The notes under the pieces: model-generated
Databases searched by the model: none
Told to the model about the DNA's origin: nothing
Seen by the model: the letters and a program-made list of their open reading frames with translations, nothing else
Shown: positions 50,608-61,266 of the stretch, piece by piece
Numbering within the stretch: position 1 is the first letter of the stretch
Layout of the letters: each line of letters starts with the position of its first letter
Position numbers and translations under genes: made by a program
Assembly: GCA_965261395.1 (NCBI GenBank)
Contig: OZ253462.1
Location: forward strand, 3,168,001 to 3,232,000
DNA: 64,000 nucleotides
Direction of reading: 5' to 3'
From: Candidatus Latescibacterota bacterium
GTDB lineage: Bacteria; Latescibacterota; UBA2968; UBA8231

Positions 50608-51993
50608 TCAGGTCCCTATAGACTGTCTCTTCCATAGAGACCTTGTCGTTTCTTCCAAGAAAAAGTTTCGGTAGCCATCGGGAGCGCCCAAGATATTTCC
50701 TTCTTCGTCAATGCGGAGTGAGTGAATGCAAACATCCAAATCCTTACGCTCAAAAAAGAGTATAGACACGTCACCGGGTTTCAGCACCGAGGTACCATCG
50801 CGCACATCCATACGCACCCGGTCGAGCAGGTGATCGCTATGTGTCTCGACCACCAATTGACGCTTCGGTCCGGCGATTTGGCAGAACAGGCTGCCCAAAG
50901 CTGCTTGAGCACTGGGATGGAGATGTACTTCCGGTTGCTGTAGCAGGAAAATGGGCGGGGTGTCGGCGCGCAGTAACTCGGTGATGACGGGGAGCACTTG
51001 GCTTACTCCATAGCCTACGTCAATTAAGTTCCGCTGCGGTCCCTTAACTCTTTTTCCGGATTTTCGGACCTGCACTTGAAAAGGCTCCGTCTCCTTCTTT
51101 CCTAAAGGCTTGACCGAGATTTCATCAAAAAGACCAGCGTCTTGACCGAATTTTTCGAGCGCGTCCTTGAGGGTTTTCCATTGCTCCCTATTCTGGAAAT
51201 ACAAATTGGACAGGTACATAGGGATGTAATCGCCCTCGGGGTCTCGTGTCGGGCGTGCGGGATCATACGTGCGACGCGGTTTGGAGCGGACCGGCGCGCT
51301 GGCATACGGCCTCTCTTTGTAAAAGGATTCCACTTCATAGGCTTCCATAGTAATATCGTAGAATTCCAATATACCAAAGGATGACATTTGATTGACTCGT
51401 TCAAAGTCCGCTTTCGTAGGCTGCTCCGAACCTGACAGTGCGGTCCATTGCTTGTCTTTGGAGTGCGTTATATACGCCTGAAAAACAGAAAAAGAAACCC
51501 CACCGATATAAGTCTCTATAAAAGTCCTGTCTCGATCGGATAGAGAATGCTTCCAAGCACCATTTTCTGTCCCAAAGCTAATCTCCCCTTTCGATCCTTT
51601 GACCCACGCATCCTTTTGGAAAAAGTGTCTTCGCACCGGAACAGGGACGGTTCCACTTTTTCCGAAGGTTACTTCAAGACGATACGGTCCACCTGCTATG
51701 CTATTGTCTCTTTTGACCTTAAGAGTGAACTCAAATCCCGCCTCAAAAGTATCTACTCGATCGCCCCGTTCTCCTCGGTAATGGACGATCTCGTCAAAGC
51801 TACCGAGGTCGTAGGGTTCTTCCTTGAAATCGGGATCTCTCTCCCGAAAGGCAATATCCCAAAGCGCCCGGATCATGGCCATGAACGAGGTCTTGCCGGT
51901 GCTGTTCTCGCCGACGAGCAGGGTCAGCGGCGCTAAGCGGGCGGTCTGTGTCTCCCGGAAGCAGCGAAAGTTTTTGAGCGTGATTTGGTCCAT
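50608..51993 (-). CDS. ABC-type ATPase (AAA_15/AAA_21 + DUF3696-like C-terminus)
   Basis: GENSTGKTS, DVGYGVSQVLP, QQPEVHLHP, ETHSDH. Confidence 0.9.
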   Translation of the reverse strand: MDQITLKNFRCFRETQTARLAPLTLLVGENSTGKTSFMAMIRALWDIAFRERDPDFKEEPYDLGSFDEIVHYRGERGDRVDTFEAGFEFTLKVKRDNSIAGGPYRLEVTFGKSGTVPVPVRRHFFQKDAWVKGSKGEISFGTENGAWKHSLSDRDRTFIETYIGGVSFSVFQAYITHSKDKQWTALSGSEQPTKADFERVNQMSSFGILEFYDITMEAYEVESFYKERPYASAPVRSKPRRTYDPARPTRDPEGDYIPMYLSNLYFQNREQWKTLKDALEKFGQDAGLFDEISVKPLGKKETEPFQVQVRKSGKRVKGPQRNLIDVGYGVSQVLPVITELLRADTPPIFLLQQPEVHLHPSAQAALGSLFCQIAGPKRQLVVETHSDHLLDRVRMDVRDGTSVLKPGDVSILFFERKDLDVCIHSLRIDEEGNILGAPDGYRNFFLEETTRSLWKRQSIGT

Positions 51994-52013
51994 GAGATCC
52001 TCTTTTCGCGTTC

Positions 52014-54981
52014 TTACCTCGGCACCGCCAACAACATGGCGTCGAGCAGGCGTTTTTCGTTGCAGCCTTGAGGGTAGAGTGCCGATAGGGCGTTGGCAAG
52101 GCGGAGGAAGTCGGGGCCGCGATCTTGCTCGGCGTTGATTAGCGTCCGCAGCGCGTTGGCGTGGCCGCTGGACTGAAGCAGCATGGCGGTGTGGACGCGA
52201 TCGAGGGTGGTGTCACCAAGAGTTGCGGCGAGGTGGTCGTCGGAGGATTCGCCGTAGCGCGGGCGCGGCTCCCGGACGAGAGTGGGGGCACCGTCCTGCA
52301 AGTCGGGGAAGAGTGTCTGCTGCAAGCTGGTGTGTGGGTCGCTTTCGATGTGGTTGGCGGCGGCGGCAGCACCGTCCTCGCCGAAGAGCTTTTTGGCGCG
52401 CTCGGACACTGGTAGTAGGCGTACGACGCCCTTTTCTTGGCCGATGATGCGGTCGGTCCAGGTGTCGAGGTCAATGCCCATGGGCTGGGCGAAGCGGCGC
52501 ACGACGTCGAAGGGGAGCGCAAATCCCGTGGCTACCTTGGCGACGGCTTCTTCGTCGGCCTCGTCGTCTTGTTCCTGATTCTCTGCAACAGGGGCCGTGC
52601 TTTGGAGCGTCCACAGGAAAAGCGCGGTCAGGCGGGCGTCTTCTTCCAGTGCGCCGGACAGACCGTTGCGCGCTTGCGCCTCGGCGGTGCTGAGCACCTG
52701 TTGCAGCGCGGCGCGACCGACGACTTCCCAGACTTTCTCCAGATAATCGGGCAGGCCGATTATATCGCCCTCGGCAGTTTCGACGGCGCGGTAGCGGCTG
52801 AAGATTTCGAGTGCGGGGCCGATGCAGGCAAAGACCAGATCGGCACCACGGATGCCTTCGCCCTGCAAGCGCTCGATCCAGTCAGCGACGCGGATCGGCA
52901 ATTCGCGCAGGACATCGGCCCAGTCGCCGATGGGGGCGTCTTCGGGACGTGGGCGGCAGATGAGGTGGACGCTGGTGGCGAGGGCGGCGGAGTCGCGGGC
53001 GCGCAGGCGCGACGCCCTCTCGGTGGCGATTGGCCAAGAGCCGGTGATCGTCCAACCTCCGCGAATCATGCCGGAGAGCAGCGCTTCCCAGCCCTCAGTA
53101 GTTTTGTGTGCAAAGACAACGGAGCCGATACCATCTTCGTTTAGCACGCGGCGGCCTTCGGCAAAGGCTTTCGCCATTGTCTCCTCAAACCAATCGCGGT
53201 CCTTGGGTTTACCTTCATCCTGTTTAGTCTCGTCTTGCACCGCCTCAGCAGTCTTCGGCGAGAGTGGATTGTCCGAGTCGAAAGGATCGCGTAACAGCGG
53301 GTGATCTGGCAGCCCACGCTTGAACCATACAAGAAAGAAATCGGAAAGATCGGCGTAGGGAACTGCGTCGTAGTAGGGTGGGTCGGTGAACCAGATCATA
53401 GCAGTTTGATCAGGTAAGGGGTGGTCGGTGGCGTCGGCCGGTTGGATTGCTCCGACTTGAGCGCCTTCATCACTGTGGCTTTCACGTTACGAGTTATATT
53501 TTCTAGTGTCTGTTCAATTGAAGCAGATGAGTCGCTTAGGATATTGCTTTCCCCGAAGTCCCAACCTATTGGAATCGCATTGCCCTTAAAGAGTTGATTA
53601 GGGCATTCGACGCCGAGGCTCCAATTCACAAGGCTGTTGCACCGGTCAGCCAGTTTCGTGCAGAGCATTGCCAGAAGCCCTTTGAACGATTTATCTATCG
53701 CTATTAACGAAATAGCCTCGCTCAGAATGGTAAAAGCCACTTTCTGCCGCGCTGTAAACAAATCGCCCCACTGCATCATCCCGTAGCGTTGCACACTGAA
53801 CGCACGCCCCGCCCCCGAACCTCCCCCAGCAGGTGTCGGCTCATCCGGCACCGGGCAAAGCCCCTGTTTCCCGCCCTGCTCCCATTCCTCCAGAACCTGC
53901 GCTACCCGCTCCTGAGCCTTTCGCACCGCCGCGTAGTCCGCGTCCGTCGGCAGCCGATAGTGCCGCCCCGCCTGCTTGGGCTTGAGCGTCACCACTGCCG
54001 TCATCCGCGCCCCACCCGTCCGCCGCCCCTCCGCGTCAAAAACCGCATCCGCGCCGCCCCGCTTGGCCGCAAGCTGCGCCCGCACCCGCTCCGGCGGCAG
54101 CACCGCGCCACAGGACAAGTCGCCCGCGCCCGCGTCACCGTGCCGCCGCGCACCTCGCTATCCGTCTGCGGCTCGACTACCTCGAACTCGACACTCGGGG
54201 GCCTCCCCTCGCAGCGCTCGACTCGATGCCGCAGTGCCCGCTTGCGCTTGGCCTTCTTGCACAGCCAGAAAGAACGCATCAGCGGAATCTCCGCGCCGCA
54301 GTTGGGCGCTTCGCAGCGCACCGTGCGCGCCCATAAATAGGCAATCGGCGTCGCCCCGTCCGGGTCCGCCGGATAGAGATCCACCAACTCCTGCTTCGCC
54401 GCCCGCTTAATCTCGCCGCCGACCCGGCGCAACTCCTCGGCCAGCCCCGGCCCGTGTCGCGGAATGTCCTCCAGCATCACCTTGAGAATCAGGCACGCCA
54501 CCGGATTCAGATCGCTGGCAAACGCCTCGCAGCCCAGCCGCAACGCCTCCAGCGGAATCGAGCCACCGCCCGCAAACGGGTCCACCACAAGCGGCGGCTC
54601 CTCACCATGTGCCGCCTTCACCAACGCCCGACCCACATTGAGATGGGTGCGATCCGCAGCATTGTCCCAATTGGCGAAGTTGGCGATAAACGACAGCAAC
54701 CCCTGCCGCAGTTCCGCGTCATTCGTCGGCGGCTGCCGCACCGCACGCAGAATCTCCCGCGCTTGCTGCTTAAAGTCCTCTGGGCAGTGCGCGTCGCACG
54801 GGTCCGGCAGCAGCAACGCCAGCAACACCGCCCGCGACGAAGCCAACGGCCGCCGCGCCCACCACAGATGCAGCGTACTCGGATGCCCATGCCGAATCGA
54901 CTTCTCCCGCGACGCGTGCCGCGACACTTCGGCGATGGGGAAATCGACTTCGGCGAGACGCTTGCATTCACGGGGAATCAT
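52014..54981 (-). pseudogene. DUF1156 adenine DNA methyltransferase, two frameshifts
   Basis: HLWWARRPL, DPFAGGGSIPLE (54001-54981); GDLFTARQ (53396-54118); TDPPYYD (52014-53399, frame open upstream to about 53486); shifts at about 54113 and about 53460. Confidence 0.88.
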
Positions 54982-55370
54982 AGTATGCGTTCCTCAGCCC
55001 AGCGGATGACGGCTTCGGCGATGGCTAGCGCTTCCAGATAATGCTGTTCGGTGACTGTCTGGTTCATAGGGTAGCGAGTAACTGTGGCGAATCGAGTGAG
55101 CTTTCTGGCCTGTCCGACGGCGTCCGGGATCGCTTCGCCTGCTTCCTTGAGCAGGGAAAGCAATCGGGCCAAATCATGCACGTAGGGGAAGTCGATGCCG
55201 CGCTTGATCATCAATGCCTTGACGGCTTTCTCGGCTGCTTGCTGGGCCTCAAAGCACAGGTCTTCCAGATAGGCTTGTGGTACGCGGTTTTTCGCTATCG
55301 CCAGACTGCTTCTGGCGCGATTCATCCATTCGCGAGGATCGTCGGCGGGAAAACGCTCAGGTTCCTTCAT
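54978..55370 (-). CDS. HEPN domain protein
   Basis: CFEAQQAAEKAVKA, PYVHDL, RYP. Confidence 0.9.
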   Translation of the reverse strand: MKEPERFPADDPREWMNRARSSLAIAKNRVPQAYLEDLCFEAQQAAEKAVKALMIKRGIDFPYVHDLARLLSLLKEAGEAIPDAVGQARKLTRFATVTRYPMNQTVTEQHYLEALAIAEAVIRWAEERIL

Positions 55371-55683
55371 ATACGACCCTGCCTTCTTGCAATGCGGGCT
55401 TGACGATCACCGCGTGGCTATCCTTATACCGCTCTACATCGTCGGGCGTGACGACAACAGCATCGACGGCTGCGCCGACGCCATCGAGATTCATATAAAT
55501 ATCGCCCATGAGTTCAAGCGCGTCCGCGCCCTCCTTGATGATGAGCAGATCGACGTCGCTATGGCGATTCATGTCGCCTCGGGCGGCGGACCCGAAGAGG
55601 ATGATCTTCTCCGGTTGAGCCACCTCTACAATGCGCCGGATGATGTCGTCCAACGTTTGTTGGTCAAGCATCCCCTTTTTCAT
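55357..55683 (-). CDS. Minimal nucleotidyltransferase (MNT) antitoxin
   Basis: Start at ATG 55683 (AGGAG RBS); ILFGSAARGD...SDVDLL. Confidence 0.9.
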   Translation of the reverse strand: MKKGMLDQQTLDDIIRRIVEVAQPEKIILFGSAARGDMNRHSDVDLLIIKEGADALELMGDIYMNLDGVGAAVDAVVVTPDDVERYKDSHAVIVKPALQEGRVVYEGT

Positions 55684-55817
55684 GGCTTCTCTCCTAGCAG
55701 CAAGCCGTGCATGTTCTTGACCGATAGTAGCCGCACATAGGCGGACCTCGACACATCGCCAAAGATGGCTTGGTACTGAGCATCCGACTTGCCGGCTTTG
55801 AGTATCGGCTTTTTCAT
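55680..55817 (-). pseudogene. YhcG/DUF1016-like relic
   Basis: Manual translation MKKPILKAGKSDAQYQAIFGDVSR|SAYVRLLSVKN... resembles two normally distant DUF1016 N-domain segments. Confidence 0.55.
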
Positions 55818-55858
55818 GATCATCTTCTTGCCATATCTGCTTCTTAAACCAAATTGGA

Positions 55859-56380
55859 TCAGGCACCTAGCTGACGATGCACTTCAGCCTTTGCGCCCTT
55901 CTGTAGCCAGTCAATAGGCTTTTCGTCATCCTGCGTCGGATTTATCCACACAATTTGCCTCAATTCTCCTACGTTATCCGACGCATTTCCAAATGCCCTG
56001 CGCGCTCTTTCATCTTGGGAAGCAACTAGCCGATCCGTAGCGACCGCCGCTTCAATGAGATGGACATCTTTAGCAACAACCCCCTTCTGCTTAGGAATTA
56101 CGGCCTTGTCAATTCTCTCCCGCAAATCCTCATCGGGTTCTATCTTATTGCGATCAACTCGCCTACGGGCCGACATTCGCGTAAGCCATTTAAGCGAATA
56201 TCTGGACCTATGGCGACGCCATTCTTCCTGTATGGCCTCCGACATCACAACATGGTGTCCAACACTCAACACCGTATCCAAAAATTTCCGACACGCACTT
56301 GAAATCGGATGCTCCGATTCACCCGCAGAACGCGCAACATCGGCATCAATCACTAATCGCCGAGGACGCTGCTTTGCCAT
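55859..56380 (-). CDS. PIN-like protein
   Basis: LVIDAD...KDVHLIEAA...VASQDE; TAATG coupling to the ATPase. Confidence 0.7.
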   Translation of the reverse strand: MAKQRPRRLVIDADVARSAGESEHPISSACRKFLDTVLSVGHHVVMSEAIQEEWRRHRSRYSLKWLTRMSARRRVDRNKIEPDEDLRERIDKAVIPKQKGVVAKDVHLIEAAVATDRLVASQDERARRAFGNASDNVGELRQIVWINPTQDDEKPIDWLQKGAKAEVHRQLGA

Positions 56381-57738
56381 TATTCTCTGCTCCGCTCTTC
56401 CACCGCATCGAGATACGCACCTTCAGCCTTCAACTCGACATCACCAAAGTCCTCCGGCCAACCCCCCAAAGCACCATTTTCGTCCAGATCAGCACTCCGA
56501 ATTGACGTCGTTCCGTCTTCGGGATTGCGCGAGAACCAGTGTAGCTTCACCAAATCAGGATCGAGATCACCCTTCGCCACCAACGTCTGCACTTGTAGTA
56601 ACAACAACGCGCTATGCGTCTCTACCACCAATTTCATGCCACGCTTTGCCGTCCTCGTCAAAATTTCCGCCAGTGCATACTGCGCTCGCGGGTGCAAATG
56701 CAGTTCCGGCTGTTCGAGATACACGAGTTGTCCCTGCCCAGCAACCAGAAGCGCGACGAGCACAGGCAAGACTTGCGAGACTCCAAAGCCAACGTCAGCG
56801 ATATTTACAAGTTCTGTTCCGTCTCGCCTTCGCCTTGCCTTTGGAAGCCGTCCAACCTGTAGCTCAATTTGCGTATCATTAACGCCTTTGGCATAAATTT
56901 CCCGGGTTAGGCCAAGGTCTTCAAGCATAGTTTCGAGAAATTGTAGATGGACATCTTCTTTTTCTTGCCACTGTGCAATGATAGTGGCGACATAATTTTC
57001 AAATATGCCTAGGAAATCAGGACCTGTGGCCGTCTTAGGGTAAACACGCTCAATGTTGCCGCGCAATCCGGGGACGTGAATCATGCGGCGCAGTTCTTTA
57101 TCAGTAAGTATAGAAGATTTTCTCATCTCGGGAGCTTCAGGTAATGCAATCGATGCTCCAGCACTGAGATTCTTAAAAGCGAAGTCAAGAAAACACCGAT
57201 TTCTAACAACCGTCCACTTCAATCCTTCAAACTGTCTAGGCCATTTTATTTTTTCCCCGAGAAATGTCTCGATAGCCTTCTCTAAATCATCTGCCCCTTG
57301 GTGTGGCATCAAATGAAGAGAACGTTCGCCTTCTCCAATGATCATATCTTGGATTTCAAGTGCTTGATTCCCTGTGAGAGAAAACGTAGTTTTATGCGTT
57401 GTATATTTATCGTGTTCCATTTCGATGCTAAATGCTTGGCAATCAGAATTTCTCTGCGAACGCGAAATGAATTGGTTGACAGATGTAAATTTCGCATTTG
57501 GGCCATTCAACAAAAGTGGTCCAGGATCGTAACTCGCTTCAAGAGTCTGCTTCATCAGCAACAGGGGCTGCATGATACTCGATTTGCCAGAACTATTTGC
57601 ACCCGCCAAGATCGTCAAAGGACGAATTTCAATCCGACTCTCTTTTGCAAGCGACTTGAAGCCCTGCACGGAAATTGCAGTGATACCTTCATTCTGAGCT
57701 TCTTTAGGATCATCTTTTGATGTTAGCTGCTTTGCCAT
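56380..57738 (-). CDS. ABC-type ATPase (AAA_15/AAA_21 + DUF3696-like C-terminus)
   Basis: GANSSGKSS, DVGFGVSQVLP, EQPELHLHP, ETHS, WPEDF. Confidence 0.9.
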   Translation of the reverse strand: MAKQLTSKDDPKEAQNEGITAISVQGFKSLAKESRIEIRPLTILAGANSSGKSSIMQPLLLMKQTLEASYDPGPLLLNGPNAKFTSVNQFISRSQRNSDCQAFSIEMEHDKYTTHKTTFSLTGNQALEIQDMIIGEGERSLHLMPHQGADDLEKAIETFLGEKIKWPRQFEGLKWTVVRNRCFLDFAFKNLSAGASIALPEAPEMRKSSILTDKELRRMIHVPGLRGNIERVYPKTATGPDFLGIFENYVATIIAQWQEKEDVHLQFLETMLEDLGLTREIYAKGVNDTQIELQVGRLPKARRRRDGTELVNIADVGFGVSQVLPVLVALLVAGQGQLVYLEQPELHLHPRAQYALAEILTRTAKRGMKLVVETHSALLLLQVQTLVAKGDLDPDLVKLHWFSRNPEDGTTSIRSADLDENGALGGWPEDFGDVELKAEGAYLDAVEERSRE

Positions 57739-57749
57739 TTTCAATTCCC

Positions 57750-57894
57750 TTATTTCTCAAACGGTAATGGATGCAAGACCAATTCCCTAGTCGGCGATCT
57801 TGTCCAGAAACGCAGGGACGTGCGGCTCTGGGTGCGGGCGCATCATTTCCGATACGACATTCGCATCGAGGAGCCAAGCAACAGGCGCGTTCAC
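57750..57894 (-). pseudogene. Truncated VapC/FitB PIN toxin relic
   Basis: VNAPVAWLLDANVVSEMMRPHPEPHVPAFLDKIAD*GIGLASITV*EI, with in-frame stops at 57787 and 57757. Confidence 0.75.
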
Positions 57895-58052
57895 GGCTCA
57901 CTCTCACCGGCGAACTCGACCTTCCGGTATGCATAGCGCCTAGGTGCCGGCATCTCGACCCCGTGCTCGGGCCCGAAATATCGCCTGAAAACCTCGGAAG
58001 GCGTCTCGCAGCGGTCGGCCCTGGCGCGCTTCTCTTTGGCCCTCTCATTCAT
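57891..58052 (-). pseudogene. Short FitA-like antitoxin or relic
   Basis: EVFRRYFGPEHGVEMPAPRR resembles FitA-type C-termini; GTGA overlap with the VapC relic. Confidence 0.45.
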
Positions 58053-61000
58053 CACGTGTCTTCCATATCCCAGATGCCTTCTGACCTTCCCGAATTTCCA
58101 TCGACTGCTTGAGGGTGTCAACGCTCAGATAGTAGTGGGCAACCTTGGTGACCTCGTGCCACGGGAACCGCGCGGGGTCTCTGATTGGCTTCTGAAGCTC
58201 TGGGGCGTTGGCGCAGTTGGTCACCACGTAGAGCCAGTAGCATTCGCGGCGATCCTCGGCGATTCGACGCTCATTGGGCGTCAGCAGAATGCTGCCAGTG
58301 GCGGCGGCGAGACCTTTTATCTCAATCAGGCGCAACTCGCCGGACGCTGGATCGAGGCTGGTTATATCGTACCCAAGATCCTGTTCGTGGACATCATTGA
58401 CCTGATGGCCTTGCGCGGTCTCATACTCCATGACCACTCGCATCGCCGTCATCTCGGTCTCGGGATGTGGACGCAGACGCCGGACATCGAGGGTGTCGCG
58501 TTCGGGATGGGGGAGGATCAAGACGCTGGCGAGCCGCTCAACTCCCTGCAAGGTCAGCGCTCGCTGCCGCTCGAACTCTTCGCGCCGACGGTCACGGCGC
58601 GCCATCACCTCGGCATGGCGGGCTTCGGCCTGCGCCAAGCGACCCTCGGCACCGATTACGTTGTTATCCCTCTCCTCGGCGGCACGGCCAATCTCCTCAT
58701 CGGTCCGCTGTAGAACCTCCGTCAAGGACAGTTTGACGTGATCGGCAATGCGCTCAACTTCGGCCAGACGCTCGGTGCGAACCTCGTCAATAAAAGCGAC
58801 CAAGGCGTTTTCGTTGAGCCAAGCGGTCGCCTCTGGTAGCGCGGCTACCGGCGGCAGATCGCCCGGAGCGGTGGTGGGGCTGAGATTGCCAAGGGCATCC
58901 GGCTCGCGGAGACAGGGAGATCCGTCATTGGTCAACTCCACGGTGAACAACCGTTCGTGAATGACGTGTCCGAGACCATCCACGACCCGCGCCCGGTAGA
59001 AGTCGAGACGCGCCGGTGCTGCGTGCGCTAAGGAATGGAAACAGGCACCCTTGGCAAAGGTGTCTTGTCCGAGATTGAGACTGTGCCGGCGCAGGGCCTC
59101 AAACAGGGGATGCCCTGGGGTGACCCATTCGAGATTGTGCTCCTCTGCTGTGTCGCGGTCCGTTGACAAGCGCGGATAGCGCATCGCCAGTTCTGGGAGT
59201 TTCCAACCCGGCTCGTGCTCGTACTTTTTTAACCCGGACGGCGTTCGCCCTGGGTCGAAGGTATGCGCCAAGTGGCCCACCGGCTTCAGAGTTAGGGCCG
59301 CGTGTTGGGCGCACTTTGCGATGAACCGCGCAATGGTCTCGGGTACGACGCGCCGCTCCTGGGCCTTGGCTCGGCGCTCGACGAGCATGTCGAGGTTGAG
59401 CTTTTTAGAGGCCAAGCCTTCCAGTGCCGTTTGGCAGATGGCCCGGAAGTGGCCTTCATCCACGTCCTGCAAAAGCCGCTCTTCAAGGTCAGCGTCCCCC
59501 AACTTTTCCGCGTAGTAGTCCCGCAGTACGCTCTCCACATGGGCGGACGGTAAGACTTCGCCGACCACGTTGAATACCGAGTCGTCATCGAGGGCGTCGC
59601 GGATCTCTTGGAGCTTGTCCAACAATCGTTGGAGCACTCGCCCCTCAATAGTGTTGGTCGCCACGAAGTTGAAGATCAGGCAATCGTGCCGCTGGCCGTA
59701 GCGGTGGATGCGGCCCATGCGCTGTTCGAGCCGGTGGGTGTCCTTGAACTCGGTGAAGAGCAGCAGTTGCTGATCGGGCCGGTCGAAGAACCCCTCCTCC
59801 TGCATGATTTTGCGAAGATGTCCGAGTTTCGCTTGGCTGCCCGAGTCTTCGACGGCCTTGGCCTCTTCGGCAAGCTGGAGAAGTTCGCCGATCTCTTCGC
59901 GTATCTGCTCGGCGTTGCCAGCCAGCGTGATGGCCTCCAGCATTTCCTCTAGGCGCTCGCGCTCGGCATCTTCCAATTCCTCCAGCTCTTCTAGGTCGGG
60001 AAGGTCCGGCGGTGCGGTCCGCACTAGTTCTTGGGCGCGCTTGAGGCCCTCCTCCAGACGCCGAGTGCGGTTTTCGAGCGATCGCCGCATAGCGTAGGTG
60101 CTGGAGGCGAGACGCCGCTGGTACAGCGACATCAGAAAACCGACCGCCCGAGCACGCGGGTTGTCGCCCTGCGCGGCGGCGCGGGCACTCTGCCGTTTGA
60201 CAAACCGCGTGATCTTTTGGTAAAGCTCGAACTCAGCGCCCTCAATAGAGAAGTCGGCGGTGCGCGGATGCGTTTCGTAAAAACCGGCTTCGCAGTCCAC
60301 GTTCCGTCCGCTTGGCGCTCCGGGAAGTACACCATCGCCTCTTTGGTGCGCCGCAGGTAAAAAGGCGCTCGCCTCCGTTCCATGGCCTCGCGGATTGAAC
60401 TCACGTCGGCGTAGGCGTCCTGATCGAGCAGTTGCAGAAACAGCGTGAAGTTCTGCGGATCGCCCTTGTGGGGCGTGGCGGTCAGCAGCAGTACGTGATC
60501 GGCGCTGTCGCGCAGCAATTCTCCCAGTCGGTAGCGCTGGCTCTTGTGGCTCTCGTCGCGTGCCGACATGCGGTGTGCCTCATCGACAATCACCAAATCC
60601 CAACGCACCTGTTGCAGGCCGGGCAAGATCTCGGTGCGCTTGGCGAGGTCGAGCGAGGTGATGATTTGCTTTTGCTCCAGCCACTGGTTGACACCGAACT
60701 GATCGCGGATGTCGCTGCCCTTCATCACTAGGAACTTCTCGTCGAACTTTTCCTTGAGCTCGCGCTGCCACTGGAACGTCAGGTTCGCGGGACAGACGAC
60801 GAGCACCCGTTCGATGAGGCCCCGGAGCTTGAGTTCGCGGACCAAGAGGCCGGCCATGATGGTCTTGCCCGCACCTGCATCGTCGGCGAGCAAGAAGCGC
60901 ACGCTGGGCAGCTTGAGGAGGTGCTCGTACACCGCTTCGAGCTGGTGCGGTAGGGGATCTACGCGCGAGATGGAAAGCCCGAAATAGGGATCGAACTCGT

Positions 61001-61265
61001 AGGCAATGCCGAGCGCATAGGCTTGGAGGCCGATTCGCAAAAGCCGCCCATCGCCGTCGTAGGAAAGAGCGGCGTCGGCGATGGTCAGGTTGGAAATGTC
61101 ATCGGAAGTGAGCGAGACCTGACGGAACTGCTCGGACCGCTGGCCGACGAGGCCCGCCTCCACGTAATCAGTACCGTTTGCGCGAACGGTTACCACTCGC
61201 ATTGGCTCGCTGAACAGCGGACCAGTCAGAACCTGTCCTGCGCGGATGTCGAATTCAGCTACCAC
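58045..61265 (-). pseudogene. SNF2-family helicase with C-terminal DUF3883 nuclease, frameshift plus in-frame deletion
   Basis: LLADDAGAGKT, DEAH, LLTATPH; 1-bp loss at about 60266 (KRI[P]RTADF); FTEFKDT fused directly to HRLEQRMGRIHRYGQ; GYDI...IEIKG. Confidence 0.88.
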
Positions 61266-61266
61266 C

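Larger units (their letters stand above)
45807..61265 (-). other. DUF499-DUF1156-SNF2 restriction-like defence locus with cargo cassettes
   Basis: Co-oriented core genes with visibly AT-richer cargo between them; no integrase or att site recognised. Confidence 0.8.

Noticed and set aside
48390-60270. Programmed frameshifting or phase variation as the explanation for the split defence genes
   Set aside because: No canonical slippery heptamer or long homopolymer at the lesions, mixed shift directions, and an accompanying deletion of helicase motif V
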